The position numbers and the translations under genes were made by a program. From the NCBI RefSeq assembly GCF_021028975.2, contig NC_059430.1, forward strand, positions 39,680,001-39,744,000: 64,000 nt of DNA, read 5' to 3'. This DNA comes from Sphaerodactylus townsendi. Taxonomy: Eukaryota. Within the stretch, counting starts at the first letter, position 1, and every line of letters begins with the position of its first letter. The notes under the pieces are model-generated. The model saw only the letters and a program-made list of their open reading frames with translations, was not told the origin of the DNA and ran no database searches. Below, one piece after another: positions 27,613 through 39,722 of this stretch.

Positions 27613-27624
27613 AATAACAACAAC

Positions 27625-28603
27625 TACATCTGGAAGACTAAAAAAAGAAATAGAAGGATTAATTCTCGCTGCTCAAGAACAAGCAATTAGAGCAAATGCA
27701 ATAGAAACAAAAATCGTTAAAACATCTAACAATGCCAAATGCAGATTGTGTACTGAATTGGATGAAACTGTGGATCACATACTCAGCTCATGCAAGAAGA
27801 TCGCGCAGTCTGATTATAAATTGCGGCATAATTCAGTTGCCAAAATGATTCATTGGAATTTATGTAAAAATTATGGTTTTCCCACACCCAAGAACTGGTG
27901 GGAACATAACACCGAAAAAGTGATCGAAAATCAGCAAGCCAAAATATTACGGGACTTTAGAATTCAAACAGATAAAGTACTGGCGCACAACACACCAGAC
28001 ATTACCATCATCGAGAACAATAGACTGGATTATTGACGTTGCAATACCCAATGGCATCCGGGTCGAAGAAAAACAACTAGAAAAAATTACAAAATATCAA
28101 GATTTAAAAATTGAACTGCAGCCAGAGGTGGGATCCAACCAGTTCTCACCACTTCTCTAGAAGTGGTTACTAATTTTTCCTGAGTGCCGAGAAAGGGTTA
28201 CTAAAGCAACCTCCGTGCCCAATAGGGACTGGAGGTGCGTGTGTGCGGCGACGCCACTGTTTGAATCCCACCACTGACTGCAGCGTCTATGGCAGAAACC
28301 AGCAGCAGTGATCCCAGAGGTGATCGGCGCACTGGGTGCTGTCCCAAAATCCCTGGGACAGTACTTGCAACAACTTAACATCAATAAAATCACTGTCTGC
28401 CAAATGCAGAAAGCTGCTCTACTCGGCTCTGCAAACAGTTTACGCCGATACATCACGTCCTCCTAAGTTCCAGGGTGGAACTCGAAGTGGATAGAAGGCC
28501 AACACCAACCAGTGATCTGGCGGTTGTGATACAATGTGTTTGTTGTTTTTGTCAATAATAATAATAGTAATAATAGTAATAATAATGATAATAATAATAA
28601 TAA
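27625..28603 (+). mobile_element. R4/Dong-type LINE 3' fragment (REL endonuclease), interrupted by a hAT MITE
   Basis: EGLILAAQEQAIR, CCHC finger CRLC...HILSSC, RHNSVAK, PDITII...DVAIP...KYQDL; flanked by (TAA)n-type repeats. Confidence 0.85.
28123..28276. mobile_element. hAT MITE nested in the R4/Dong LINE
   Basis: TIRs CAG.GGTGGGAT / ATCCCACCACTG; perfect 8-bp TSD ACTGCAGC. Confidence 0.85.
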
Positions 28604-31029
28604 TTTTTATGTTTTATGTAATGTCAACTGCCAATTATGTGATGGGGAGGGAATAATACTTCAGCATCTGTCAAGGTGGATCCTGACTCAGGAAAATGTA
28701 TGCCACAATAAACATCTTAGTCTTCAAGATGCCACAACGCTGTTTTTGATCCTGGATCTTCTCATTCTAACCCAACTCATCACTCTCCATCCCTTATACC
28801 TTCTGTTTCATTTAAGGATCTCCTCCCAAAACCCTCCACAGGGCAAAATAATTGGAATAAATAACCAGCCTGAGCTTAGCTCCCTTTGCCTCAAATCAAG
28901 AAGAAGAGTCACCTCCCATACCCAAAGTGAATTGTGGAGGATCTACTGCTCACTGTTTCAGTAATCTGCCATTCAGATTGAGAACACTGACATTAAACCT
29001 AACATCTCTTAATTTATTAAATACTTTCTGTGTACGCTGCCCATTCCCACTAACTTCTTAGCACTACTCACATTACAGTGAATACATGCACACCTTGAGA
29101 TTTTCCTTTGTCCATGCACTGGGTAATTCTTAAATTACATTCACAGCATGTACAGCTGAATATACCATTTTTTACCATTGCATGTACAGCTGAACCCCAC
29201 TTTTACCCATAAAGTATATGCATATAATTGACTGTTTCTTACATTCTTATATCTTTTGATTTCATTCTTCCTCTTTGGAATTAAGAAATGTCTTTAAAAC
29301 ATAGCTTTGTTTTAATTCCTTTGTTGATTGTTTTATATTTTGTATGTTATTTTCTTTTACCAGATCAGGTTTTATATCACAATGTGCCTGTCTATACTCC
29401 TTCCTTTTCATTCCTTCTGTTTCTTGTTTATTATTTAGATTATAAACTATTTTGGACATCATAAATGTTAGGAGACCTTTTTTGTGACTACCACACAAGT
29501 GTACAGCTAAGGATTCTTCTGTGATTCTGGTTGCCTTTAAGAGGAGTGCTCTGGAAAGCATAGCCAGAAATGTTATAATCTTTTAACCTTGGCCTGGAAA
29601 TAGCAAAAAATCACTTGTATCTGTCTTCCTATGGTATGATTTGTACCAACTTCTACTTTCAAAAATGTGTATACCATATGACAAGGTAGGCAAATTATTA
29701 GAAAATCATTAGCTATCATGCCAGGTTCGGAGGGGGGGGGGGCAGGGTGCTCCTGTGGGTAGAGCTGACGTTAGTTGGTTTCCATCCTGGATTTGTGGCT
29801 AGCTGTACTGTGGCTCTGGCCCTGGACTTATGCCACCCTTTTGAGTGGCTTAAATTCATTAATCCCAACAGAGGGCTTTCTGGCAGCGGAGAGGGTTTTT
29901 GCTTATTTCTTTCTCCCTCCCTCCCTGTCCCTCTAGAAAGCGAACAGGATTGTGCTGGTAGTCTTGGAACCATAGAATAAAATAGAAACCATAGAATAAA
30001 ATAGAAAGAGACATGGCCCGCTTATATGTTTGACAGTGAAAGGGGAAATTTTTAAAAAGTGGCTGTCAATCCCTGCCTCCAATTCCGTCTCTGCCATGAA
30101 ACTTCTGGGAGGCAAACCACTCTCTGCTTCAGCTCCTCACCTGCAACAGGGGGATATTATTGATCAGTGTTGTATGGCAGTTGTAAGGACAACACCTGAA
30201 AGTCAAATTCAAATTATTAGTCTTGTGCATGGTCAGATGCATGAGCCTTTGGGCACAAACTGAAAGGCAAAAAGCCAAAGAGCTCCTGATCCCTAACTTG
30301 TGGTTCCTAGCCTTTGGCCTTGAGTTAGCTGGCCCAGTCAGATGCAGGAATAGCCCTGGAGTTGTACAGTATTTTCTTTTGTTGCTGGTTGTTAGTTTGT
30401 CTTTTTTTTTCTATTATGGGTTTTCTTGATAAGCTGCTTTGAGTTGGGAGTGGGGGTGGGTAGTGAGAAGAATGAATGAATGAACTTTATGGTCTTAGAT
30501 CGGCAATTAAGAAATTATCATTACTTTGGCAATAAAAAGTTAACATTACTTCAGGAACAGGAAAGCAAAACAGTTAAGATATTCATCATTAACAGCCAAA
30601 GGATCCCATGGTCTACAGCAATAGTGGAAAAAGAGTTTGTCGTTACATGAAATCTAAGAAACTGAGCCTTACCTGCTAAGTGTTTCCACTTTCTGCATAC
30701 AAGAAAACAGAGTCTAGCCACAGAGTATGAAATGTTGGCCTCTTTGTCTTCAAGAAGGGATATAATCAAAAAGGCCTCAGCAACTGGAGAATAATTCCGT
30801 TGTTTAAATTGAAGTATCAAAGGAGAAATGGGAGTGAAATATAAATATTTAATTAAACTGGATTATTGTAAAGATTAATTAATCGAAGGCGTGTTATTTA
30901 TTTGGATAACATTCAATAGCTACTTCCCACTCCCAAAATGTTGAAGATAATATTTTATGTTGTTTGATGACAAAACTTCAACAGGAAGTTTGCGCCCCCC
31001 CCCCCCCAATAATTAATATTGACATGAAA

Positions 31030-31330
31030 TAGAAGAAGAAGAGTTTGGATTTATATCCCACCTTTCTCTGCTGGAAGGAGACTCAAGATGGTTTACAAGC
31101 TCCTTCCCCGTCCTCTCCCCACAGCAGACACCTTGTGAGGTAAGTAGGACTGAGAGAGCTCCGAAGAACTGTGACTAGCCCAAGGTCACCCAGCAGGAAC
31201 GTAAGAGTGCAGAAACACACCTGGTTCACAAGATAAAGCCTCTGTCACTCAGGTGGAAGAGTGGGGAATTAAACACAATTCTCCAGATGAGAATCTACCT
31301 GCTCTTAATCACTACACCATGCTGGCTCTC
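31030..31330 (-). mobile_element. tRNA-derived SINE
   Basis: Same family as 23893-24130; (GAA)n tail on the plus strand. Confidence 0.65.
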
Positions 31331-31751
31331 ACAGGGACTTTCGGTCTGGATTTGTTGCTGGACTAGCATATTTATTGTGGCATGCGGTTTTGTGAGCCAG
31401 AGTCTACTACATCAGATACACAAAGTGTTTCATTCTGTTGGCAGAGATGTATATATACTCATAAGCATACAACCAGAAGGGCAAAAGCAATGGCAATGGC
31501 AGAAGAGTAATTACCAATTTGGAGGGGGGGATTGTAAGGCCCAGTAATATCCCTCTGGTGTACCCTTATTTGTTTAATCAGACAGAGTAATGCCTCAAAC
31601 AGCGTGGGCTCCGAGGCACAAAAATTCATGTTCCAATAAACATGTTGATGTTAAGGTGCCACAGGGCATTCTGTTGTTTTGATTCTAAAACTTAACCTGT
31701 ACAAATGTTTGTCCTTTATATGTGTTTTTGGTGTTGTTAGTCAGACTATTC

Positions 31752-32080
31752 CAGTGATGGTGAACCTTTTAGAGACCGAGTGCCAGGGGCGGGGCAAGGG
31801 GAAACTCTGTCTGGGGCACACATGCGCCCCTGCCAGGCCCCCGTCTGCCCCTGCCCTGCCCTAGAACGTCCCTGGAACACTCCAAAACACCCCTGTTACA
31901 CCCCTGGAATGCCCTTGCCATGCCCTGCAGGGGCACATACCTAGTGCATTGTACCTAGTGCACCCCTCACCCCCTTGGCGTATGCCACTGAGTGGCCAAA
32001 CTAGGGTGACAGCATGCGTGCCCACAAAGAGGGCTCTGAGTGCCACCTCTGGCACACGTGCCATAGGTTCGCCACCACTG
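31752..32080. mobile_element. hAT MITE
   Basis: TIRs CAGTGATGGTGAACCT / AGGTTCGCCACCACTG; perfect TSD GACTATTC. Confidence 0.85.
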
Positions 32081-34764
32081 GACTATTCTGCCAATGTTAA
32101 CTGCAGTGGTATAGATTCTTGACCGCATTTTTGTTGTTTAAAATGCACAGGTACAGGACCAGGTTATTGCCAGTTTGAACTTTTGCGTTCTTCAGATGTC
32201 TCTTCCTGATTGTACATTCTCTACACAACATTGTACGTTCTTACATAACAAACTGCATTTCCAAATGCAGGGTGACCTGTGCCAGTTGCTAACTATTTGG
32301 CATGACCTTTTAAAGCAAACAGCAGAATTACAACTGTCTCAGTAAAAAACACAGGGTGATGACGTGTCCATGCAGTTACTTTCCTCTCCAACCCCTTTTC
32401 CTAGTCTGGGTTAATGCACTTCCTCTTTCTATATCCTGTGAAAGATTATATCAGTGAAAATTGAAAATGTTCAGAAATTCTCAGAAATAAACATGTGAGA
32501 CAAATGAACAACTTTCAAGAGGATAATTCTGAAGTGTTTTAGTTATGAGATGTTACATTTTCAAATACCAAAGTAGCTATATTACCGTAGGTTCAGTTAT
32601 TAATTAAAAATTAATTTAGAAAGCAGGTGTAGTGTATTCAGTAGTTAAACAAATTGTACCCCAAAAGAGCTAGTGGGGTATAGTGACTAAAGTGTTGGAC
32701 AAGGGCCTAGGAAATTCAGATTCAAAGCCCCATCGTATGTGGGAAAATGAATTTAACAAGTGATAAAAAGTAGGATGAGGCACAGAACATTGTAGACAAA
32801 TTGTCCCAAAATAAATTGTCCCAGAAAATACTTGCCAAAACACAAAGAATTTCCACTACATCCATACTTTTAAACCTGCCCTGCGGATTAAAAACTTTTT
32901 ACTTTTGAACAAGAATGTGCTTTAACTAGGTTAGATAGTATTGGGGGTAGAACTGGTGTGGTTCATTGTGAGGATGGGAAGCGACTGGGGAGAATAGAAA
33001 TTAAAAACAGCCTAGGAAATATTGGGCAGGAATGCACAAGGTGGTAGGGTGACTGAGAAGTGTTTCAAAGATCAGGAAAGCAAGGAACAAAGGAGAAAGG
33101 TCTGATTAAAATAGAAAATATTTAAAGTAACCAATATAATAAGGCTAGGAAGATTGAACAGGTTTGAGGTTATGGAGAGGGCAGTTCTCATATAACATGT
33201 GGTGCAGGAGAGGCAGTGCACAGCGAAGGCAACAGTAGCTCTGCCTTCGTTAACAACAGAACCAAATAAGTCGTTTAGCACGTTAATGACAGGTTTATTA
33301 TGGCACAGATTTTTGTGTTTGAGTCTGGAGCTTATTTGCGTGATCCTCACAGGGCTGTTTTGAAGCTAAATGTTGGGAGATCCACGTTTACGATCATGAG
33401 CTCCTGGGAAGCAGGGCAGGCTAAAAATGCGATTAGATCATGAGCAATAAGCTTGAAGTGATGATGCAAATGCGCCAAGCAATTGAGAGACAGAAACTGA
33501 TTGAGCAATTGAAACAACAAGATGAATAGTCTTGAATATAGTATAAGGAAGAACAGGATTCTCTTATATTGTCACATACTGCTTAAATTAAATCAATAAA
33601 TACCCTTTTGGAAAAAAAAGATTGGACCCTAGTCTGTCTTAAAGCTGTAGTTCTTGTTTGCCCCATTTGTAGAACTGGGGCTGTTTCTGACATGTGTACA
33701 ATAGTTGCATGCTAGCGGAGCCGTTTGCTGTGGTTTTCATGTGTTTAAACCAGATATGGACTGTTGATCACACTCCTGCACTTTCTCTCTCCTCTCACAT
33801 AGTGATATTGCAAACAAAACCCTACAACTAACTAACATTACTGGGGCTAGTTTCAGAGTCCTAGTTACTAAACCCAGTTAATTCAGGCATTGCATTCAGA
33901 CACTGTGATTAGTTAAAAACTGCCATTTTCAACCATGGAGTGCTGTGCAAGGGGAGGAAGAGAGCAGTGTGAGCTCTGTTAACTGAGTGGCGCCCCCTTC
34001 CCCGCCTTGTTTTTCTGCATTTACCATCCATGCACTTTACCAACTTTATTATTCAACTTTATTATTCTCTTAGAGAGGAGCCTGGCACCTCTCCCTTTCT
34101 TGTTGGGGTGATCTTAATGAATTAGCTGTTAGGATACTTGTTATTGTTATATTGACCGCTGTTTTAAATGGATTTTAAAGGACTTAGTATTGTATTGTCT
34201 GTACTGACTTTTAATTGACTGTGTATCTATGGATGCTGTACACCGCCCAGAGCCCCTAGGGGATGGGGCGGTTTAAAAATCGAATGAATGAATGAATGAA
34301 TGAATGAATGAAGGTCATGAAACCCCTGAGGTCTAGTCTGTGACATTTCTATGGTGGAAATATGTACAAAATAAGAACGGCGGCCATTCGCATGAGCAGG
34401 TATTGGCGACAACGCAATCTTCTTCGTGTTGCTGGATTATTTTGCAACGTGTAAAACAGAACACATTTGGTTTCGACTGAGCTCAAGGCACACATATGGC
34501 TCCAAGGCGTAGTTTAGCCCCCGCTCCTCTTCTGAGGGCCGGGAAGTCGTGAAAGAAAAGCGGATGAAAGCTTCGCTACCTTCACAAATGCCGCAGGCCC
34601 AACCAGAGTCAATCCTAAGGAGGCTCCACCTCTCTCCAAACCCCCTGCGTCGCGAGGCGGATGAATTTTTAATACACACGGTGGCCATAGAAACAGAACA
34701 GGCTAACCCCCTCCCCCCTCCCATTCCTCTACAATTTACGGAATCTACAGACGTCTTTCCGTCT

Positions 34765-35240
34765 TTAAGCCAATGGTAGTGCGCTTTGCACGTGAACACG
34801 GCCATGTCAGCCAATCAAACTTTTACTATCCACGTGCTCACTCGAGCTGAGGAATCCACCTCAGCAACTGGCTTTCAACCCCCACCAGTCTAAAGTAAAC
34901 CAATAGGAAGCCAACCGTCAGTTTCTGCGTCACGTGGTCTGACCTTAATTGAGACAAGACGCGGAGCGATTTCGAGATCGGTGTATAAAATAGTGCCTCA
35001 AATCTTTCCACCGACCCCTAACTTGGGCTAAATAACTGCGGTCTGGAAGGGTTTATAAAACGAGTATTTGATTTTCTGCGTCTTGGAGAGGGTCTTGATG
35101 GAGAATTTGGTCTTTTGAACGACTCTTTTTTAAATTCTAGACAGTTGGCGGAAGGCTGTTGGTGAATCCTAGAAAAGCGCGAGATGACGGATCTCTTTTA
35201 GTATAAAAGCGAAAAACGCGGGTGCCGCGTCCTCATTGTT
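34765..35240 (+). promoter_or_regulatory. ATF4: ATF4 proximal promoter
   Basis: CCAAT boxes at 34770, 34811 and 34900; CACGTG E-boxes at 34789, 34831 and 34931 (the last in TGCGTCACGTGG); TATAAAA at 35202-35208 with an Inr-like CTCATT about 30 nt downstream; CpG-rich. Confidence 0.75.
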
Positions 35241-35333
35241 AGACTGTGGAGACAAAGTGGAAGGTCCAGTATTGCGGTAGCCTGCGAAAGGCGCGGCTCT
35301 GACCAGCTAGGAACAACTTCCGCAGCCGCCACC

Positions 35334-35354
35334 ATGGCCGTGCAGGGGTGGTAG
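35334..35354 (+). CDS. ATF4 uORF1 (MAVQGW*)
   Basis: Perfect Kozak GCCGCCACCATGG followed by GCC GTG CAG GGG TGG TAG; same position as the reinitiation-promoting uORF1 of vertebrate ATF4. Confidence 0.85.
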   Translation: MAVQGW

Positions 35355-35431
35355 TGCACGCGGCGGCATCGGCCATTGCAGAGGCGCAGCAACAGCGGCC
35401 GCGGCCTCGGCACCTCCCGGCACCTGCAACC

Positions 35432-36896
35432 ATGGCGTGAGTATTGGGCGAGGGGCCGGGGACACGATACGGATTGGAGGCTGGGTCGCTTTATTCCCGG
35501 GACCTGGAAGAGGGGGGGACCCATATGAAACAAATAGTTGAGGAACAGAAGGGTTTGGGGGGGGGGGGGGCTGTTTGGATGTCTGTCTCCCATATAAGGG
35601 GTGGGATGGGAGAAGGGTGGGTGGTATTTTCAGCTTGGGAGTGGATCGCTAGTCTCTCAATGGGAAGATCTTGTAGGAAAGGAAGGGAGAAGAGAAGGGG
35701 GAATGGAGTCCCTGGGAGAGCTGCCCGGGTGGAGTATGTGGGAGAGACTATATTCGTTGAAAATGAGCGCCATTTAATGAGCTTTGGGGCTCCGTGGGGT
35801 CATTAGAGAGCCGTTAACGCCTATAAGAATCCCCTTGGGAGGCAGCCTTTCTGACGCAAGTAGAGTCAAAGTCTCTGCACAAGGAGGCACAGACTGCCAC
35901 GGAGGCAAACATGGTGGGGATCCTGATTTCTGTCTCGATGGGGTTAATTAGTCTCTGGAGTGTGGGGGTTTGTCTGTCATGCCTTTGTAGAAAGAATATC
36001 CGTTCCTCGATTGCTGATTGTGAATACGTATATACATATGGGAGTTACAGTACAGTAAACCTTTATTTGTATGATGATGACAGAAAAAGGGAAAAACTTT
36101 GTTATACAACAATGGGTATATTAATAAGAGCATAAAATGCATAAAATAATAAACATAGATTACATTAAAAACGTTACTAGTGATTCTGTATTGTTATCTG
36201 GTTGTGAATTCAAACTATTTGCCACCTCTTAATGTTTCTTTTGGGGTGGACTGCAGACTGCCAGACTGCAGAATACCAAGGCGAGTCTTGAGTAACCTTG
36301 GAGAAAACGTGGCAGGACACAAAATGGCGGCTTATTTATAGGGTGGGGACCGGCTCAGCAGGCTGATCCTGAAATGGCTGCAGCTGTCGTTGACGCCAGT
36401 GAATGCGTGAATCAGACCAGACAGGGCGGTGGGTGGAGCGGTAACTGGTTTTGACCAAATATGGTCATAAGGAACTTTAGTAGACTGCCACAAAGAAGGA
36501 TATGCGTGACAAATCCTAGTTGGCGCTGTTGGACATTTTGATGGCATTCAAAAGATTTCTGAATTTGAAGAGGATACAATAGTAGTTCAAAAGAAGCAGG
36601 ACTGCAGTAGTGTCATGCTGTTTAGTAAAATGTGAAATATAAAGTAATTCCCACAGTAGAGATGCCTCGTTTAAATCCAGTGGTCATATTTTTAATGACA
36701 AACCTCTTGTTTCCATTTTTTCAGGTTTTTCAAGGCACCACACAGCAGCTTTGCTGTAATCAAGAAAGAGACCATCTACGTGTCTATTCTTTTTGACCAC
36801 AGAGTACTAAAGCTTGGCAAAAATGAGCCTCTCAAACACAGAGATGATGCTGGGGGACTTTTTGTCCCCCTTCAACCAGCCGTGTTTGGTGGCTGA
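35432..36896 (+). CDS. ATF4 uORF2 (58 aa, spliced 35432-35436 + 36725-36896; overlaps the ATF4 start out of frame)
   Basis: accATGGC|gtgagt donor and ttttcag| acceptor. Spliced product is MAFFKAPHSSFAVIKKETIYVSILFDHRVLKLGKNEPLKHRDDAGGLFVPLQPAVFGG*. The TGA at 36894-36896 lies past the ATF4 AUG at 36823. Confidence 0.88.
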
Positions 36897-37042
36897 TGAA
36901 GAAAGTCTGGGACTCCTAGATGACTACCTGGAGGTGGCCAAGAACCTCGGTTCGCATGGGTTCTCCAGCAACAAGGCTAAAGTGGGATACTCCAATTGGC
37001 TGACTGTGGATAGTTTGAACGATGCCACAGACAACAGCCAGG
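36823..37042 (+). CDS. ATF4: ATF4 coding exon 1
   Basis: MSLSNTEMMLGDFLSPFNQPCLVADEESLGLLDDYLEVAK..., the typical ATF4 N-terminus; donor G|gtaaga at 37043. Confidence 0.95.
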
Positions 37043-37284
37043 GTAAGATAGAGATGTAATCACAAATTATGAGTTGTGGTAATACAGGGTGGCAGTTTCT
37101 TAGGAAAAAACTTAGGAGTGGCAACATTAACTATCAAGATTAGAATTGATATGATTAGCTGTAAATGCTCAAGACTATATCAAGCATCTACAAGGAGGGG
37201 AAAGGCAATTAAGAATCAAAATAGTGTTGTTTTTTATTAGACATAGAAAACTGAATTTTATTGGCTATTTTTCTTCCTTGACAG

Positions 37285-38132
37285 AGGATGCCTTCTCTGG
37301 CATGGATTGGATGGTGGAGAAGATGGATCTGAAAGAGTTTGACTTTGATACACTGTTAAGTATTGATGACCTTGAAGCCACCGTCTTCCCAGATGAACTC
37401 ACAGCCACGTTGGAAGATACGTGTGAACCATTTGACCCTTCCATCCCAGAAAGTCCCAACAAAGAAACTCCACTGACAGAAGAACCAGTTATACAATCCC
37501 CCACAACCCCCCCTGGGGCAGACCAGGTGGCTCCACTAACTCCTTTGTTGCCATTTCCACTTTCCCCAGAGTCACTGATTTCCCCTGCAGACCATTCTTT
37601 TAGCTTAGAACTAGGCAGTGAAGTGGATGTTCTTGAAGGAGACAGGAAAACTGAAGCCCAAATTGTTCTAGTGGTAATTCCCAAGTGTGAGAAAGAGGAA
37701 GAAGTCCATTCTGACAATGACAGTGGCATAGGCATGAGCCCATCTTACTTGGGGACACCCCAGCAAAGTCCTACAACTTCCATTAGTTCCCTCAGTGATG
37801 GCCAGTCAGTTATAGCTTTGCATAACAGTTATGTGCGTACCAAGCCTTATGATATTCCTGCAGAAAAGGTAGTGTCCCCAAAGGTGAAGGGAGAAAAACG
37901 AATAGATAAGAAACTGAAGAAGATGGAGCAAAATAAAACAGCAGCTACACGCTATCGGCAGAAAAAAAGAGCAGAGCAGGAAGCTTTATCAGGAGAGTGC
38001 AGTGAACTGGAACAGAAGAATGAGACCCTGAGGAAGAAAGCAGATTCCTTAAGTAAAGAAATTCAGTATTTGAAAGATCTGATGGAAGAGGTCCGTAAGG
38101 CCAAGAATAAAAAAGTTAAAGTCCCAGAATAA
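37285..38132 (+). CDS. ATF4: ATF4 coding exon 2 (bZIP transcription factor)
   Basis: EDAFSGMDWMVEKMDL, degron DSGIGMS, basic region KKLKKMEQNKTAATRYRQKKR and leucine zipper ...LSKEIQYLKDLMEEV. Total is 220+848=1068 nt = 355 aa. Confidence 0.97.
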
Positions 38133-38203
38133 TGGTAGTCAAGGAATAGATGTTACATGCATGTATATAAGAGCTTAGCACAAACAGCTGTGTAATACTG
38201 CCT

Positions 38204-38209
38204 AATAAA
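38204..38209 (+). terminator. ATF4 polyadenylation signal
   Basis: AATAAA about 70 nt after the stop, followed by GT-rich tgtttgtggttgg. Confidence 0.75.
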
Positions 38210-39722
38210 TTATTTTCTAGTACATGTTTGTGGTTGGAGTGAATGTTTCTCAGACATTTAACACACACATTTAACTAGTTTGAGTTCCCTGAAACTTACA
38301 AAATCAAACAATTATGGAACAAGGTAAACATTTATGGGTATGAAACTGAAAGTTTAGTGGGCATTTTTCCTTTCAAAGACTGATCAGCATGCAACATTAG
38401 AGGCTGGAACTGAAGAGCTACAAACTTCTCTTATCATAGCAGTCTAGTGACTTGTCTAGATAGTTTTCATATTTAGCATACAACTGACAATTCTGAGACT
38501 AATGTGCCTGCAGTGCTAATTTTAATTTTCCTGTAATTGCGCGCCTGAAGGAAACAGCCACATGTTTGTGCGTAACTAACAAAAGTACTGAAGGGAAGTT
38601 ATGAGCAGTGCAGTCTTAGTTTGGACAGCAGGTGTAGGCCGATTTATTTTGGCAAAACTTTACAGCTGGGCAGTGTATTCTGATGCTGGAAAATCTGTTG
38701 CTCTGTTTTCAACATAGACATTTAGATACTCTCAAAACCAAGGGTTAAAATCAAACTGATGGTTGAATTCTTAACATGTACACATAACATCTTGAAATGG
38801 GAGGGTGAGTGTTAATTTTGCTTCAAACAACCCCTTGCTGCAAATTACTTGGCCCAATTAAGGTACTCGCTAGACCTGACAGGTGGTGATGGTGGTAGGC
38901 TGCAGGCAAGGCAAGCAAAAGCACTCTTCCTCAGGTATCCCACTACCATAAACAAGGCCAATAGGCATGGACATGGTTTCGATCATTAATTTTGCCCAAC
39001 TATGCTGTGCCCAAGAGAATGGATAGTTTCATATAATCCTTGGCAAGAAACCCAATTAGATTGAATCTTGGTTACCAATTGGCACAGTTGTTGAAATCGA
39101 TTCCTTGGCAACGGATTGTAAAGCAGCATGACTTGTAGTTTGCGACACTTGTCATTTAATAGATAAAACGTAGTTACCATATTCCAAGTCTGTTGCATGA
39201 ATGGTTTACACAGTTGAACTAAGTTGTGAATGTAGGCAAAATCTTATTGGTTTGCCCTTCTAAAATTGCCTACCCCAGACATCTGCTTAAATACACTATT
39301 ATGGTTCACCTTCTAGGTACCTGAATAGTATATAATTTTCCTTGGTATTTTAGCTTCACAACAACCCTGTGATGTGGCCAAGTCCCAGAAAGAAATAGTC
39401 AAAAGGATACCCAGAGACCTTCATAGAAGGATTTAAACGTGGATCTTTCTGTTAACAGTCTAAAGCGGGTGTCCCAACATGCAGCCCATTGAGAGGGCTT
39501 ATCAGGCCCACAAACCAGCTGGCAGCAACCACTGGATGACAAAAACATCCAACCAGTATGACTTACCAAGGCCTAGCTGCTTGCTGCTCTTCTTTATCAG
39601 CAGTCACGCTATGAAAGTCAGCTTCAAGGGACTCTGGGGAAATCCTTGCAGGTTTTACTTGCAATAGCAGAATCTGAATACCCAATTAGTATTTGGAACC
39701 GGAAAAACAAGGAATACTGATT

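Noticed and set aside
34770-34836. ER stress element (ERSE)
   Set aside because: CCAAT-to-CACG spacing is 13-15 nt, not the required 9.
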